This document shows, in pieces, positions 25,765-37,729 of a stretch of DNA of 64,000 bases (position 1 is the first letter of the stretch; the number at the start of each line of letters is the position of its first letter). Below the pieces are notes generated by a model, which saw only the letters and a list, made by a program, of their open reading frames with translations, ran no database searches and was not told the origin of the DNA. A program made the position numbers and the translations under genes. Source of the stretch: Takakia lepidozioides (taxonomy: Eukaryota > Plantae > Bryophyta). Where the stretch lies: contig CM060733.1 of assembly GCA_030704615.1 (NCBI GenBank), forward strand, positions 15,934,001 to 15,998,000, read 5' to 3'.

Positions 25765-26278
25765 ATGTCCGACATGGCGTTACTCTGGTATATTCTTGAC
25801 ACATGACTCACATACCGGTTACTCTGCTTTATTCAACCAGACAGACAAATTGTAGAAATGAGACATCAAATTGTAAACAGTGGGCCAAATCCGAGAGTTA
25901 TTCAACACAATGAAACACAGTCATACAGAAGTGAGGTACATTCTAGGGCACACTCCAGGGCACATTTAAATTTCCCCCGTACAGGATCCTGGACCGATGA
26001 AGATTGGCTGCTGCATGAATGTAGCCGTTTGAGTTTCCTACCCTGCCATGCAAACTATGGGCAGTCACTGCCAGGTGGGCCGATAGCCACTGGACACGAC
26101 GAAGTCCATCCCCTCTTCGATGTAAATGCGGCGCCGAATTTCCACCGGGGGATGGACTTCGGTGGCAGATCTCAAACTATAACTTGTTGATGAGAAAGAT
26201 GTATGGCTTCATCCACCGCTGGCGTGATGAACACGTTCCACCTCCGTCGGTGGGTACGTGTGACCCAGATGCTCCATT

Positions 26279-26953
26279 TTGGAGGCCGGACTGCTCTTCC
26301 GCTTCGTATCATTTCCAAAATCTAAGGGCTTCGTAGCTGTCCGCAAGGTCATCGGCATCCAAGTCGTCCTCAGGTCCTCCTTTGCAAGGATGCCGTGCTT
26401 CCGGAACCGGGACGACTGCCCCTTTGGAGGCATCGATTATGCAATGTATTCGGCCACATCGGGAGACATTGTTATCTGGTACACAGATTACACAGAAGAT
26501 ACTGGTTCGATTGTGGAAACATTGGTGGCTTTTGAGTATATCGTAGGCCACTACGCCTTCGAGCGGGGTGACGATCTTGGTCTGAGGAGTCCGTGGCTCC
26601 TGCGCATCCTCGATTCCGATTTTCCCAGCTACGACGGTCAATCATGCAGAAGAAGGCGCACTGCTATGCTGTTGCGGTGGAACTGCTGCCACTGGACGTG
26701 GGTGGACTCCATCGGAGAGACCTATTCTCCTCAAGGAGTGCGCTCCTCTTCTCCATTGTATGGGGACATTCGCATTGGTGTGGACGACGAAAACGTGAAG
26801 ATTTCCATATTCGATGGTGGTATGATTGAAGGGCAGGACATTGTGGTGAACATCACTAGGGGCGGTACAACGGCTGCAATCGACTTTACATGGAGGAGCC
26901 CCATGACTCATGAGCTAGTTCTGAGAGCAGTCGAAGTCCCATTGACAACGTGA
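26279..26953 (+). CDS. MULE accessory ORF of unknown function (copy of 34970-35806; 5' end frameshifted)
   Basis: 224-aa ORF nearly identical to the copy-4 ORF. Confidence 0.55.
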   Translation: MEAGLLFRFVSFPKSKGFVAVRKVIGIQVVLRSSFARMPCFRNRDDCPFGGIDYAMYSATSGDIVIWYTDYTEDTGSIVETLVAFEYIVGHYAFERGDDLGLRSPWLLRILDSDFPSYDGQSCRRRRTAMLLRWNCCHWTWVDSIGETYSPQGVRSSSPLYGDIRIGVDDENVKISIFDGGMIEGQDIVVNITRGGTTAAIDFTWRSPMTHELVLRAVEVPLTT

Positions 26954-27416
26954 CTTGTATTCAGTAGGCACAGGGCTAAAGATTTGATTGCACAATCAGC
27001 ACAGCAGACGTGCTTCAAATGCAATTCATGTGGATCAATAAAAACCTCATTGTGCCCTCTTTTTATTCTATTCTGTGTCCATCGTTCCGAGAATGCGTCA
27101 TTGCTCATTTCGTTTGGGATTGGGAGTGTGGGTGGATTTTGCAAGTGGCTGGTAGGCTGAAATGGGCCCCCATTGTACAGAGCAGTACCACCCTACCATT
27201 CGCGAAACATTGCCTTTCAATATATAATTCTAAATAACATTGCCGAACCTCCTTCATCGGGAGGTCCTTCTCCCCCTATGACCGTGGCACCCTAAACCCT
27301 ATTCCCGCGGACACTCATTTCCGGAAAATAGTGCTGCTCATGTTTTTTTCCACACTTACGACTCTGCTCATGGCTCATGCCGCTCATGGCTCATGGCTCA
27401 TGAAATAGCAGCCCCC

Positions 27417-27445
27417 CCCTCAAGGCAAAGGGCCGCGACACAAGC
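27417..27445 (-). mobile_element. Displaced terminal 24 bp of the gypsy 5' LTR plus its TSD CAAGC
   Basis: CCCTCAAGGCAAAGGGCCGCGACA equals the LTR end at 39629-39652. CAAGC also occurs at 38923-38927 and CCCTCAAGG at 45860-45868. Confidence 0.92.
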
Positions 27446-27871
27446 AAATGAATGGACGAGTGCCAGTGTCGTAATCACCTTCTTCCCTTCCGACCGAAGG
27501 CCCAGTGTGTTGATGCACGTCCACTTCTTTTTCAGAATCGGGACGGCGCTCTTGTGGGTCCACTTCGCAATTCTTGTCTGAGTGTTTTTTCCTCTGCTCG
27601 CCAGGACAACCACACAGCCTCTGTCGTCCAACACCATGCGGGCAAGCCCGAATCCTTTCTTCCAAAAGTCCTCCGAGTACCTGTTCCAAGATGGCAAAGC
27701 TTGCAGTCCTTCCACATGCTCTCCGTCCGGAATATCCAAGATGATCATATCGCAAGACCACTCGGTGGCATTTCCGCCCCTCTTACAATCCTTGTCTGCA
27801 CACACCCTCTCAAAGAACGAGACCATATTCTGAAATCCTGGGGTGTTGGAAGGCTCTTCGGCAGTCGCCTT
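27446..27871 (-). pseudogene. N-terminal half of beta-class amino-DNA-methyltransferase-like domain (MULE gene fragment)
   Basis: WSCDMIILDIPDG (motif IV-like, cf. DPPY) followed by helix and ARMVLDDRGCVVV (cf. RVLKPGGSI). Continues across the LTR TSD into 38922. Confidence 0.65.
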
Positions 27872-28135
27872 CACACACAACTCACAAAAATGGATTAATA
27901 AAATCCAATCATGTTGTGTGGGCTCTATTGTCATGGTAAGAACTACTTTGACGAAGTAGAGATGCTCAGGAAAAATGCTTCACATATGAAGCAGCACCAT
28001 GAAACCAAATAGCCTATAGATGTAGGAAGTCCAAGTTAATCCGAGGAAATCCGAGCATACACTAAACTATTGTAAAGGTTGATACACCTGAAAGCAGCCC
28101 TCTAGTCTAGCATGCTCTTGAATGCAGCAAAAGAA

Positions 28136-29469
28136 CTATGCTGCATGTTCTTCAAATCCAACCAAATCCCCCACAGGGTTCAAAGAAAACCGTCCCACAT
28201 GACGCACGCTAGAGAACGCCTCGATGATGGAAAGTCTGTCTGTTCTATGAGCATTTTTCAGATCTTCCTCGATCATGCCCACTATGGCCTCCACCCAATC
28301 TGAATTGACATACACCTGCACAATCCCATCCACACCCTGAATGCTACCAGCTATGCAAACATGAAGGGCACAGTGACTTGCTGTTTTGCAAGCATTACAA
28401 AAGAACAAGTCGTCATCCTGACGTGCTATGTCCTCGAGGCCACATGTGGCACACACTCGTTTGAAGGGTGGAGTGGAAGGCGAGGTGATGTAAAAAATCC
28501 CCAAAGGTGTTAGAGATGAGAAGATAATGCAATTGCAAAACAAATAGAAAGAGGAGAAACCTTGAAAATAAAAATAAATCATTACCTATGTAGCTATGCC
28601 ATGTCCTCCATGGGCTGTTTGGGCATTATGCACTCGCTGCAAAGCGGCACATGTGTCATCATGCAAAACAGGAGCGAAAATGGTACAAGGGAGTGTGACC
28701 AGCCGCATGTCACCGCTCTGAGTTGCCCCAATGTTTTTGAAAATTGCATATGTAGCACCTCCCCTACGAAACTGCTGGACTAACCGCTCATATTCTGCAT
28801 GGAACGCTGGCAGAAAACTGACCTCCATACACTCAAACAATACCATTACTACTCCATAATAAGTTTAAAATAGCATAACAAAGAAAAGGCGAAAAGCAAA
28901 CAAATGGTAAGAGACTTACAATCTGAACATCCAGCTGAAAAGGCCCCATCCGCCACTGTCAGCTCGAAACGCTGTTCCACCTGACCACGTACTCCTATAA
29001 CCACCACAGCATTAGTGGCGGTAGCAAACTTCTCATGGAATCGTTTTGAGAAAGCACTGATGGTGTCTTTGCAAAAGAAGTTGAGTATTGGAGGGCTCTG
29101 AAATGGTGTTATGACCTGCACAAGGGTGACGGAGGTAATCTTCAAACAGTACACCAAATCACCTCTCTCGAACTTAAGCTTAGGACGCACGGAGAAATTC
29201 TCCAAGCGCACATAAGCGCCTTTGCAGAACTTCTCTGAGTGTGTTTGGACCAATGACCCGAACACAGTAACATTGACCGTTGTGAAACCAAGCCTATCTG
29301 TGAGATCACATTGCAAATAGGACCATGTGCTGGGAGACTCCTGAATAGAGGGCTTGTTCACATTGCCATACCTACTCAAATCAACCTAGAGCAATGGGAA
29401 AAAAAAAGACTTCGCGTGCCGGAGGGCTCCAAGAAACGTTGACGCCGTAGCTGTGTAGGACTTAGCCAT
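28136..29469 (-). CDS. RPA70-like OB-fold ssDNA-binding protein, multi-exon (Helitron-type)
   Basis: DLTD..VNVTVFG..KFCKGAYVRLENFSVRPK..GDLVYCLKI (OB fold); C-terminal CATC..CNAC zinc ribbon. Exon boundaries approximate. Confidence 0.65.
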
Positions 29470-31012
29470 TTCAACTTCTTCTCTAATGCGCCCGCTAGAT
29501 AGCTAAGTTAGGCCAACCACTATCAAGAACTGCAAAGTGGTAGGCTTCTTGATTATTTCTTTGACAACCCGATATTTTAGTTATGACTAAACAGAGTGGC
29601 AGAACCCATCGTGACTGCTCCCTGTGGGAGTGGCCGAGACATAGAATCGGCGCCATTGTACTTCCAAACAACAGAGCGTGTGCGAAAGGCGCAGAGGAAG
29701 GAGAAGATGCTGATGAGCGCTTCCAGGGGAACAGTTGGAAAACACCTGGTAAACTACAAGCGAACTTAGTTGAGGAGGAAAGGATACGTGACACAGCCCG
29801 ACAATCGGCCCTCCATCGCTGCCGGATCTAAAAAAGAACACATTGAAGCCAGAGCTGTCTACGGAAGATGTGGAAAATGGTGAACGTGGCGAAGACGGTA
29901 CTATCAAGCCCGACAGTGAAGCTTGATCAAGCAGTCAAGATAGCAAACAGCCTGTCGGGCCATGGGGAAGGCTTGAGGTTGGGGCAAATCGAGGATGTAG
30001 AGAGTCAAGAACAACTCGCAAGCAAGGTGCAAGAAGAGTTGTTCTTCTTTTATTGTTTCTTTGCGGGAGTATAATACAACTCTTGGGGAGCGAGGATGCA
30101 CGCCATGGCAGCAAGAAGCATAGCTCCCAAATGGGAGAAAGAAGGACTGGTAGAGGAGGGATAGTGACTCCTCTCTACCCATGGTGTACTCAGATCGCTG
30201 AAAATGGAGGGGCCTGGCCGAACACACCCGAGCATCACCAAAAGACATCATCTCATGTCAGCAGCCACAGAGTGGAGTGCATCTGGAGGGAGGCGAAAAC
30301 GGAGCCAACCACGAGTTCCAAGAAGACACCAAGTCCGATCAGAACCCGAGATCTCTCAATCACATACAGTGGAGGAGCACATGGACCACGAGATAAGGCA
30401 ATACCAAACGGAGCCGGGAGGACCTGTCTCTCAACTCGAGCGGCAGCGGGCGGCATTTTCTGCCTGTCTTTACAAACTTAGCGTTCGCTCAAGAGAAGCG
30501 GGCTGCCCCCTGATCAACCTTTACAACACCACAGATAAGTACAGGGGCATTCCCAACGTTGTGATTCCAAGGGCTATGATGAAGAACGTTAGGGAAAATG
30601 CTACAACATTTGCTATTCTCACAACAGGTTATGTGTTGAATACTTCTCGTCTTCACCTGTGGGCCAGCACGAAAGCTAAATCGCTAACATATGCTCCGCT
30701 CAACACTTACAAATTTCTGAAGGAGCAAATATGGCTGCCTATAACCACTAACCATACAGGCGCAATTGTGGCTTGCCTCTTACCAAACATGTATTTTGTT
30801 TTTGCTATATATATATATATATATATATATTCACCGCGAATGAGAATAAATTTGAGTAAATGTGAGATTCAAAGTTGCATAATGACAGGAGAAAATTTGC
30901 GCTATGTCTTTTAGAGTGGACGACGGAAACTCGACCATCAAATTGAACATGTGTTCATCATGAGTTGGTAGCCATTGAAAACGACGTGTTTTCGGGGTTA
31001 CATTGGTGTTGT

Positions 31013-31618
31013 TCATAATATCATTTTGTTGTCGACCCCTTTTTTAGTGACATATTGTGATATCAAAGAAGGTTGTACCGATATTGCAAATCCCGAAATT
31101 GAAAGCGATTGAGAATTTGAAATCGAGGTCAACGGCATAACATTTGAAGTGCAATGAGTTCTTTTCAAAATAATAGGTTCAAAGTGCCCACTCTTCGTAG
31201 CGTGTCTATCGTCATAAAGTAGTTGGAGAGGGGTATGCGCAACAAATTGATCACCCACAGAAAATATTATTCTTTTATTTACTCGAGACCATAACCGAAT
31301 GGGTCTTTGTAAATAATTTGCTAAACAAAAAATGGCACGATTATCACCTTCTAAACCTCCACAAACAACATTTTTGGACATTTGTTGAACAAATTCATCA
31401 ATTGTGCGAACACCATGTAACTCATAGAGGGCGTCCGAAGAAAAGTGGATTTGAATCATTTCGGCCACCTCATCAGTGGGCAATTGTAAAGTTTGCATAA
31501 AATGTTTCAAGGTTTGACGACGGAGATCTGTAGATGATATTTCAAAATGCAGCAAATAAGCAACTGAATCAAATAAACAGTCTTCAACAACATAATGGTA
31601 ATCGTGTACACGATGCAA
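31013..31618 (-). pseudogene. OTU-like cysteine protease/deubiquitinase domain fragment
   Basis: EDCLFDSVAY..LRRQT..EGDNRAIFCLANYLQRPIRLW..LLY..GHFEP (Cys and His catalytic motifs). Confidence 0.7.
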
Positions 31619-32058
31619 ATTCTGATATTGTAATATTAAGTCTATCTATGTATCCATTATTAAGAGAGTAAATTAGATATAAAAATAAGGTTGTAAAAAA
31701 ACTGAATTAAGGTTCAAGTTGTATTATAACAGAAAATAATATTAATGGAGGTTGGCCAGATTAGATAGATTTTGAAAATCTTATAAGAACACAAACAAGC
31801 AATGTACAAGGCAATGAAACGTCGAATAAAGAGTTGCTAAACAATAATAATAGTACATTATATGTTTTGATGAATTAAATTTCATAGATATTGTAGTAGA
31901 TAAATCTGAATTGAAAAATTAAGTGAGAGACTGGCTGATTAACTGAGGAACTGGCTGAAAATGTAGCTGTAAACAAAAAGGCTGAAGTTTGTAAAATTGA
32001 AAGAACACACAAGAATGGCACAATATTGTCAAAGTACTCATATATTGCAACCATAAAC

Positions 32059-33275
32059 CACACACAACTCACAAAAATGGATTAATAAAATCCAATCATG
32101 TTGTGTGGGCTCTATTGTCATGGTAAGAACTACTTTGACGAAGTAGAGATGCTCAGGAAAAATGCTTCACATATGAAGCAGCACCATGAAACCAAATAGC
32201 CTATAGATGTAGGAAGTCCAAGTTAATCCGAGGAAATCCGAGCATACACTAAACTATTGTAAAGGTTGATACACCTGAAAGCAGCCCTCTAGTCTAGCAT
32301 GCTCTTGAATGCAGCAAAAGAACTATGCTGCATGTTCTTCAAATCCAACCAAATCCCCCACAGGGTTCAAAGAAAACCGTCCCACATGACGCACGCTAGA
32401 GAACGCCTCGATGATGGAAAGTCTGTCTGTTCTATGAGCATTTTTCAGATCTTCCTCGATCATGCCCACTATGGCCTCCACCCAATCTGAATTGACATAC
32501 ACCTGCACAATCCCATCCACACCCTGAATGCTACCAGCTATGCAAACATGAAGGGCACAGTGACTTGCTGTTTTGCAAGCATTACAAAAGAACAAGTCGT
32601 CATCCTGACGTGCTATGTCCTCGAGGCCACATGTGGCACACACTCGTTTGAAGGGTGGAGTGGAAGGCGAGGTGATGTAAAAAATCCCCAAAGGTGTTAG
32701 AGATGAGAAGATAATGCAATTGCAAAACAAATAGAAAGAGGAGAAACCTTGAAAATAAAAATAAATCATTACCTATGTAGCTATGCCATGTCCTCCATGG
32801 GCTGTTTGGGCATTATGCACTCGCTGCAAAGCGGCACATGTGTCATCATGCAAAACAGGAGCGAAAATGGTACAAGGGAGTGTGACCAGCCGCATGTCAC
32901 CGCTCTGAGTTGCCCCAATGTTTTTGAAAATTGCATATGTAGCACCTCCCCTACGAAACTGCTGGACTAACCGCTCATATTCTGCATGGAACGCTGGCAG
33001 AAAACTGACCTCCATACACTCAAACAATACCATTACTACTCCATAATAAGTTTAAAATAGCATAACAAAGAAAAGGCGAAAAGCAAACAAATGGTAAGAG
33101 ACTTACAATCTGAACATCCAGCTGAAAAGGCCCCATCCGCCACTGTCAGCTCGAAACGCTGTTCCACCTGACCACGTACTCCTATAACCACCACAGCATT
33201 AGTGGCGGTAGCAAACTTCTCATGGAATCGTTTTGAGAAAGCACTGATGGTGTCTTTGCAAAAGAAGTTGAGTAT
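32059..33275. repeat. Direct duplicate of 27872-29088 (offset 4187 bp)
   Basis: Identical ORF translations at 28112/32299, 28136/32323 and 28586/32773. Confidence 0.95.
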
Positions 33276-34506
33276 CGGAAGGGTGTCCTATGGGACACCA
33301 ATTGACAGTAGAAAGTAGGGGAGTCTGTGTAGCCCTAGTTACCCAGGGGGTACCCTGGGGGACCTATGGTGCATTTGAAGTGCCGGATTTCAATTGGCGT
33401 TTGTTGGTGATAATAGCTGTGAGTGAACGGAGTGCCGTGAGGTGAATTGCTTTGAAACATTTGTGGATGAGAAGAGTGGGAATATTGAAGTTATCATGTA
33501 TGTCATTGATACTGGCGTTATGAATGTCGCCTCGAGTACCGGCGGTGATGACGGTTAATGGGCCAATTTTCCAGCCATACCGTCTGATTGCAAGGATAAG
33601 CGGGACATATTTTTGACGTTTTTCTAAAATCGAATCATTGGGGTGGCGATCGTGACAATTCAATGAAATGGATGGTGAATTGTGGGGATGGTGAGGTGGG
33701 GGGTAGGGTGTTAATGGGTAGGCCTTGTACAAGGAGTATGTCCGGGCAAAGCCTGGAAGGGCATGAGCATGGTGATCGGGTACATATGCATGGTAGCAGC
33801 CAGGGTGGCACAGTGTGGTCGGGTGGCCGACCTTGGTAGGTGCTAGCGTTTATAAGCGAGAACCATCTGGTTTCAGCACGGTTTAGAAAGAGCTTATGGA
33901 GATGTCAGACTGTCTGGTTGTGTCGCGTGATATGATGGCCGTGTATGATCGGGTGAGTAGCCAGGTGTCACGAGCTTGGTAAGTGGTTGAACACAATGGA
34001 CAGTATGGGGATGGGAACATATGCGGCCAGAAGATGTGCTTGTGCTGGTGACCCATGTATTGGGCGTATCTGAATTGGAGTGTTTGTCGGATTTGTGCGT
34101 CAGTAGTAGTTTTGGTTAGCCAGAAATGATTTGAGAGTTTATGGTGCAATACACTTGATTGAGTCTATTTTTGGATGTGTACTTTGGTGTGGCTGATGAA
34201 AGTTGCAGCTTGTTTATTTGCTTCTCGGGTAAGAGTGGTCAGGAGGTTACGGATGGGTCTGGGTGCAGGGGGGTCTGGTATGGGGTGTATACCCAGAAAG
34301 GGTGGGTGTGGGTGATGTGGATAGGGTCATCATTGGGTACAACTATGAGGTGGGAGGCGCCGAGTTGGGCGAGTAGGTTTGCTTCTTCATTACCATGAAT
34401 GCCAGTGTGCGAACGGACTTTGAGTATATGGACTGGGTGGCTGATGGCAACGGCCCTCTGGACAATAGCAGAAATAGGTTGCGGTCGGGGTGGTGATGAT
34501 CGGCAG
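33276..34506 (-). mobile_element. 3' fragment of a non-LTR retrotransposon with RNase H, Cys finger and restriction-like endonuclease (Dualen/RandI-like)
   Basis: ILKVRSHTGIHGNEEANLLA (RNase H), CPLC, and CHDRHP..EKRQKY..GWK..VITAGTRG (RLE). Frameshifted and cut by the MULE TIR at 34507. Confidence 0.7.
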
Positions 34507-34969
34507 GGGGGCTGCTATTTCATGAGCCATGAGCCATGAGCGGCATGAGCCATGAGCAGAGTCGTAAGTGTGGAAAAAAACATGAGCAGCACTATTTTCC
34601 GGAAATGAGTGTCCGCGGGAATAGGGTTTAGGGTGCCACGGTCATAGGGGGAGAAGGACCTCCCGATGAAGGAGGTTCGGCAATGTTATTTAGAATTATA
34701 TATTGAAAGGCAATGTTTCGCGAATGGTAGGGTGGTACTGCTCTGTACAATGGGGGCCCATTTCAGCCTACCAGCCACTTGCAAAATCCACCCACACTCC
34801 CAATCCCAAACGAAATGAGCAATGACGCATTCTCGGAACGATGGACACAGAATAGAATAAAAAGAGGGCACAATGAGGTTTTTATTGATCCACATGAATT
34901 GCATTTGAAGCACGTCTGCTGTGCTGATTGTGCAATCAAATCTTTAGCCCTGTGCCTACTGAATACAAG

Positions 34970-35806
34970 TCACGTTGTCAATGGGACTTCGACTGCTCTC
35001 AGAACTAGCTCATGAGTCATGGGGCTCCTCCATGTAAAGTCGATTGCAGCCGTTGTACCGCCCCTAGTGATGTTCACCACAATGTCCTGCCCTTCAATCA
35101 TACCACCATCGAATATGGAAATCTTCACGTTTTCGTCGTCCACACCAATGCGAATGTCCCCATACAATGGAGAAGAGGAGCGCACTCCTTGAGGAGAATA
35201 GGTCTCTCCGATGGAGTCCACCCACGTCCAGTGGCAGCAGTTCCACCGCAACAGCATAGCAGTGCGCCTTCTTCTGCATGATTGACCGTCGTAGCTGGGA
35301 AAATCGGAATCGAGGATGCGCAGGAGCCACGGACTCCTCAGACCAAGATCGTCACCCCGCTCGAAGGCGTAGTGGCCTACGATATACTCAAAAGCCACCA
35401 ATGTTTCCACAATCGAACCAATATCTTCTGTGTAATCTGTGTACCAGATAACAATATCTCCCGATGTGGCCGAATACATTGCATAATCGATGCCTCCAAA
35501 TGGGCAGTCGTCCCGGTTCCGGAAGCACGACATCCTTGCAAAGGAGGACCTGAGGACGACTTGGATGCAGATGACAATGACCTTGCGGACAGCTACGAAG
35601 CCCTTAGATTTTGGAAATGATGCGAAGCGGAAGAGCAGTCCGGCCTCCAATAATGGAGCATTTGGGTCCCACGTACCCACCGACGGAGGTGGAACGTGTT
35701 CATCACGCCGGCGGTGGATGAACCCATACATCTTTCTCATCAACAAGTTATAGTTTGAGATCTGCCACCGAAGTCCATCCCCCCGGATGGAAATTCGGCG
35801 CCGCAT
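34970..35806 (-). CDS. MULE accessory ORF A, unknown function
   Basis: Open 278-aa frame (true start probably later); paralog at 36076-36601. Confidence 0.6.
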   Translation of the reverse strand: MRRRISIRGDGLRWQISNYNLLMRKMYGFIHRRRDEHVPPPSVGTWDPNAPLLEAGLLFRFASFPKSKGFVAVRKVIVICIQVVLRSSFARMSCFRNRDDCPFGGIDYAMYSATSGDIVIWYTDYTEDIGSIVETLVAFEYIVGHYAFERGDDLGLRSPWLLRILDSDFPSYDGQSCRRRRTAMLLRWNCCHWTWVDSIGETYSPQGVRSSSPLYGDIRIGVDDENVKISIFDGGMIEGQDIVVNITRGGTTAAIDFTWRSPMTHELVLRAVEVPLTT

Positions 35807-36075
35807 TTACATCGAAGAGGGGATGGACTTCGTCGTGTCCAGTGGCTATCGGCCCACCTGGCAGTGAGTGCCCATAGTTTGCATGGCAGGGTAGGAAACT
35901 GAAACGGCTACATTCATGAAGCAGCCAATCTTCATCGGTCCAGGATCCTGTAGGGGGGAAATTTAAATGTGCCCTGGAGTGTTTGTGAGGAATTGCAGCG
36001 TTAGCTTGAACTTTTTCCAGCCACCGCGCAGCTCCTCCTCCATCCGACTGCCCTTATCATGGCCACGATTATGCT

Positions 36076-36601
36076 ATGTTCAAACCAGAATCAGGAGACA
36101 TCATTGTCTGGCTCTCTGTTTTCACAGACGCTGCTGGAATCAAGCAAGAGTCTTTGCGCGCAATGGAGTATCTGGAGGGCTATTACCGCTTTGAGCGAGG
36201 TGAGGGCGAGGGTCAATGCGGTCCGTGGGTCCTGAAAATTGTTGACCTCGATATACCAAGCTGGAAAGGGATGTCGGACAGATCACGCACGGCCCTCGCT
36301 TTGGCGCTGGAACTGCTGCCAGTGGACCAGGGAGGACGGCACCGGGGAAAACTATATACGTGCAGATCACTCCGCTCTTCCAGTGTATGGAGACATTCGG
36401 CTGAGTTGCGAAGACGAATCGCACGGGCACATGAGGCCCACAGTGACCTTGTCAATGTATGATGGTGGTATCATTGATGGACATGACATTGTCGTCGGCT
36501 CCAGCAAGGGCAGCAGAACGACCGAATTGCAGTTTACCTCGAGGTGCCGCAGCAGTGATGAGCTTGTTTTGAGGGGTATCGAAGTTCCGTCGACTTGGTG
36601 A
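36076..36601 (+). pseudogene. MULE accessory ORF B, divergent paralog of ORF A, one frameshift near 36280
   Basis: Shared blocks DYAM..SGDI, EY..G.Y.FERG, PW.L.I.D.D.PS, RWNCC.WT, YGDIR, DGG.I.G.DIVV, ELVLR..EVP. Confidence 0.65.
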
Positions 36602-36856
36602 AGCCCATGTAGAAGGAGGAAGGGCTTAGTTTTGTCTGCAGTTGGTAAATGTGAGACATCGTGTCCGATCAATAAACCCATCGTACCTCACTTCTGTATG
36701 ATTGTGTTTCATTCTGTTGAATAACTGTCGGAATTGGCCCACTGTTTACAATTTGATGTCTCATTTCTACAATGTGTCTGTCCGGATGAATATAGCAGAG
36801 TAACCGGTATGTGAGTCATGTGTCAAGAATATACCAGAGTAACGCCATGTCGGACA

Positions 36857-37590
36857 TTGAAATGCGGGCACCGCATTTCTATGTCGGCATCGAAATGCGG
36901 CACCGCATTTCCATGTGGGACAAGGAAATGCGGTGCATCATTTCCGTCCAGGTACACGAAATACCAACACGGGTCTATAAATTGGACAGACAACGAGGTT
37001 GGCATTGCAAATGCGGCGACGCATTTCCAGCTTGGCAATGGAAACTTCTTTTTGGACAAGGGAATGCGGTGCCGCATTTCCGTCCAACACTTCGAAAAGT
37101 GTGACATTTCCGACCAGCGCGATGGAATGCATTACCGGCCTTTCCGTGAGAGGGTCTGCAAATGGACAAATTGCGATGTCCGTTCTGGAAATGCGGCGCC
37201 GCATTTCCATGTCCGTCATCGACTTTTTTTTACAATGGAATGCGGTGCGAATTTTTGCTGATGGGCCTGCAGTTCGAACAACGACCATCCCCAATATGGA
37301 AATGCGGCACCGCATTTTCAATTCCGCCATCTCGACCTCCTTGTTCGACCTCCTTGTTCGACCTCTGTAAGCGTGGTGGCATCCATGCAATGAGCGGGAG
37401 AGGCCAAAACTGGCGTGTGGACAAAGAAATTTTGGAAATGCAGCACCGCATTTCCAATCGGCCGATTACTTTTTACTATGCCAACATTGAAATGGAAAAT
37501 TTAGTCCCTCCCCTGTTTTGGAAATGCGGTGCCGCATTTCCAAAAGAGGTTCTTAGAGTTCCCAAAATTTTGGAAATGCGGTGCCCCATT
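36857..37590. repeat. Palindrome cluster (counterpart of 24985-25764, fewer tandem units)
   Basis: Repeated GAAATGCGGYRCCGCATTT. Confidence 0.9.
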
Positions 37591-37729
37591 TCTGATTTTG
37601 GGAGCGTCGTGGTTTGAGCGATTGTGTGGCTGGAATGCACACTGGAGAGGGGTCACGAATGTCTGGCAGAATTTCCTTTATATACTCTGGAAGAGAATTT
37701 ACATTTACAGAGACTTCATTAAAATTCTA

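Larger units (their letters stand above)
23532..27416 (-). mobile_element. MULE copy 2: non-autonomous internal-deletion derivative with both TIRs
   Basis: 23532-24326 matches the right end (45869-46659). 24327-27416 matches the reverse complement of 34507-38197 minus ~35984-36683. Confidence 0.9.

Noticed and set aside
33277-33284. GGAAGGGT as TSD partner of the copy-2 flank (23524-23531)
   Set aside because: Only 8 bp, not adjacent to any TIR, and partly explained by the duplicated RPA sequence.
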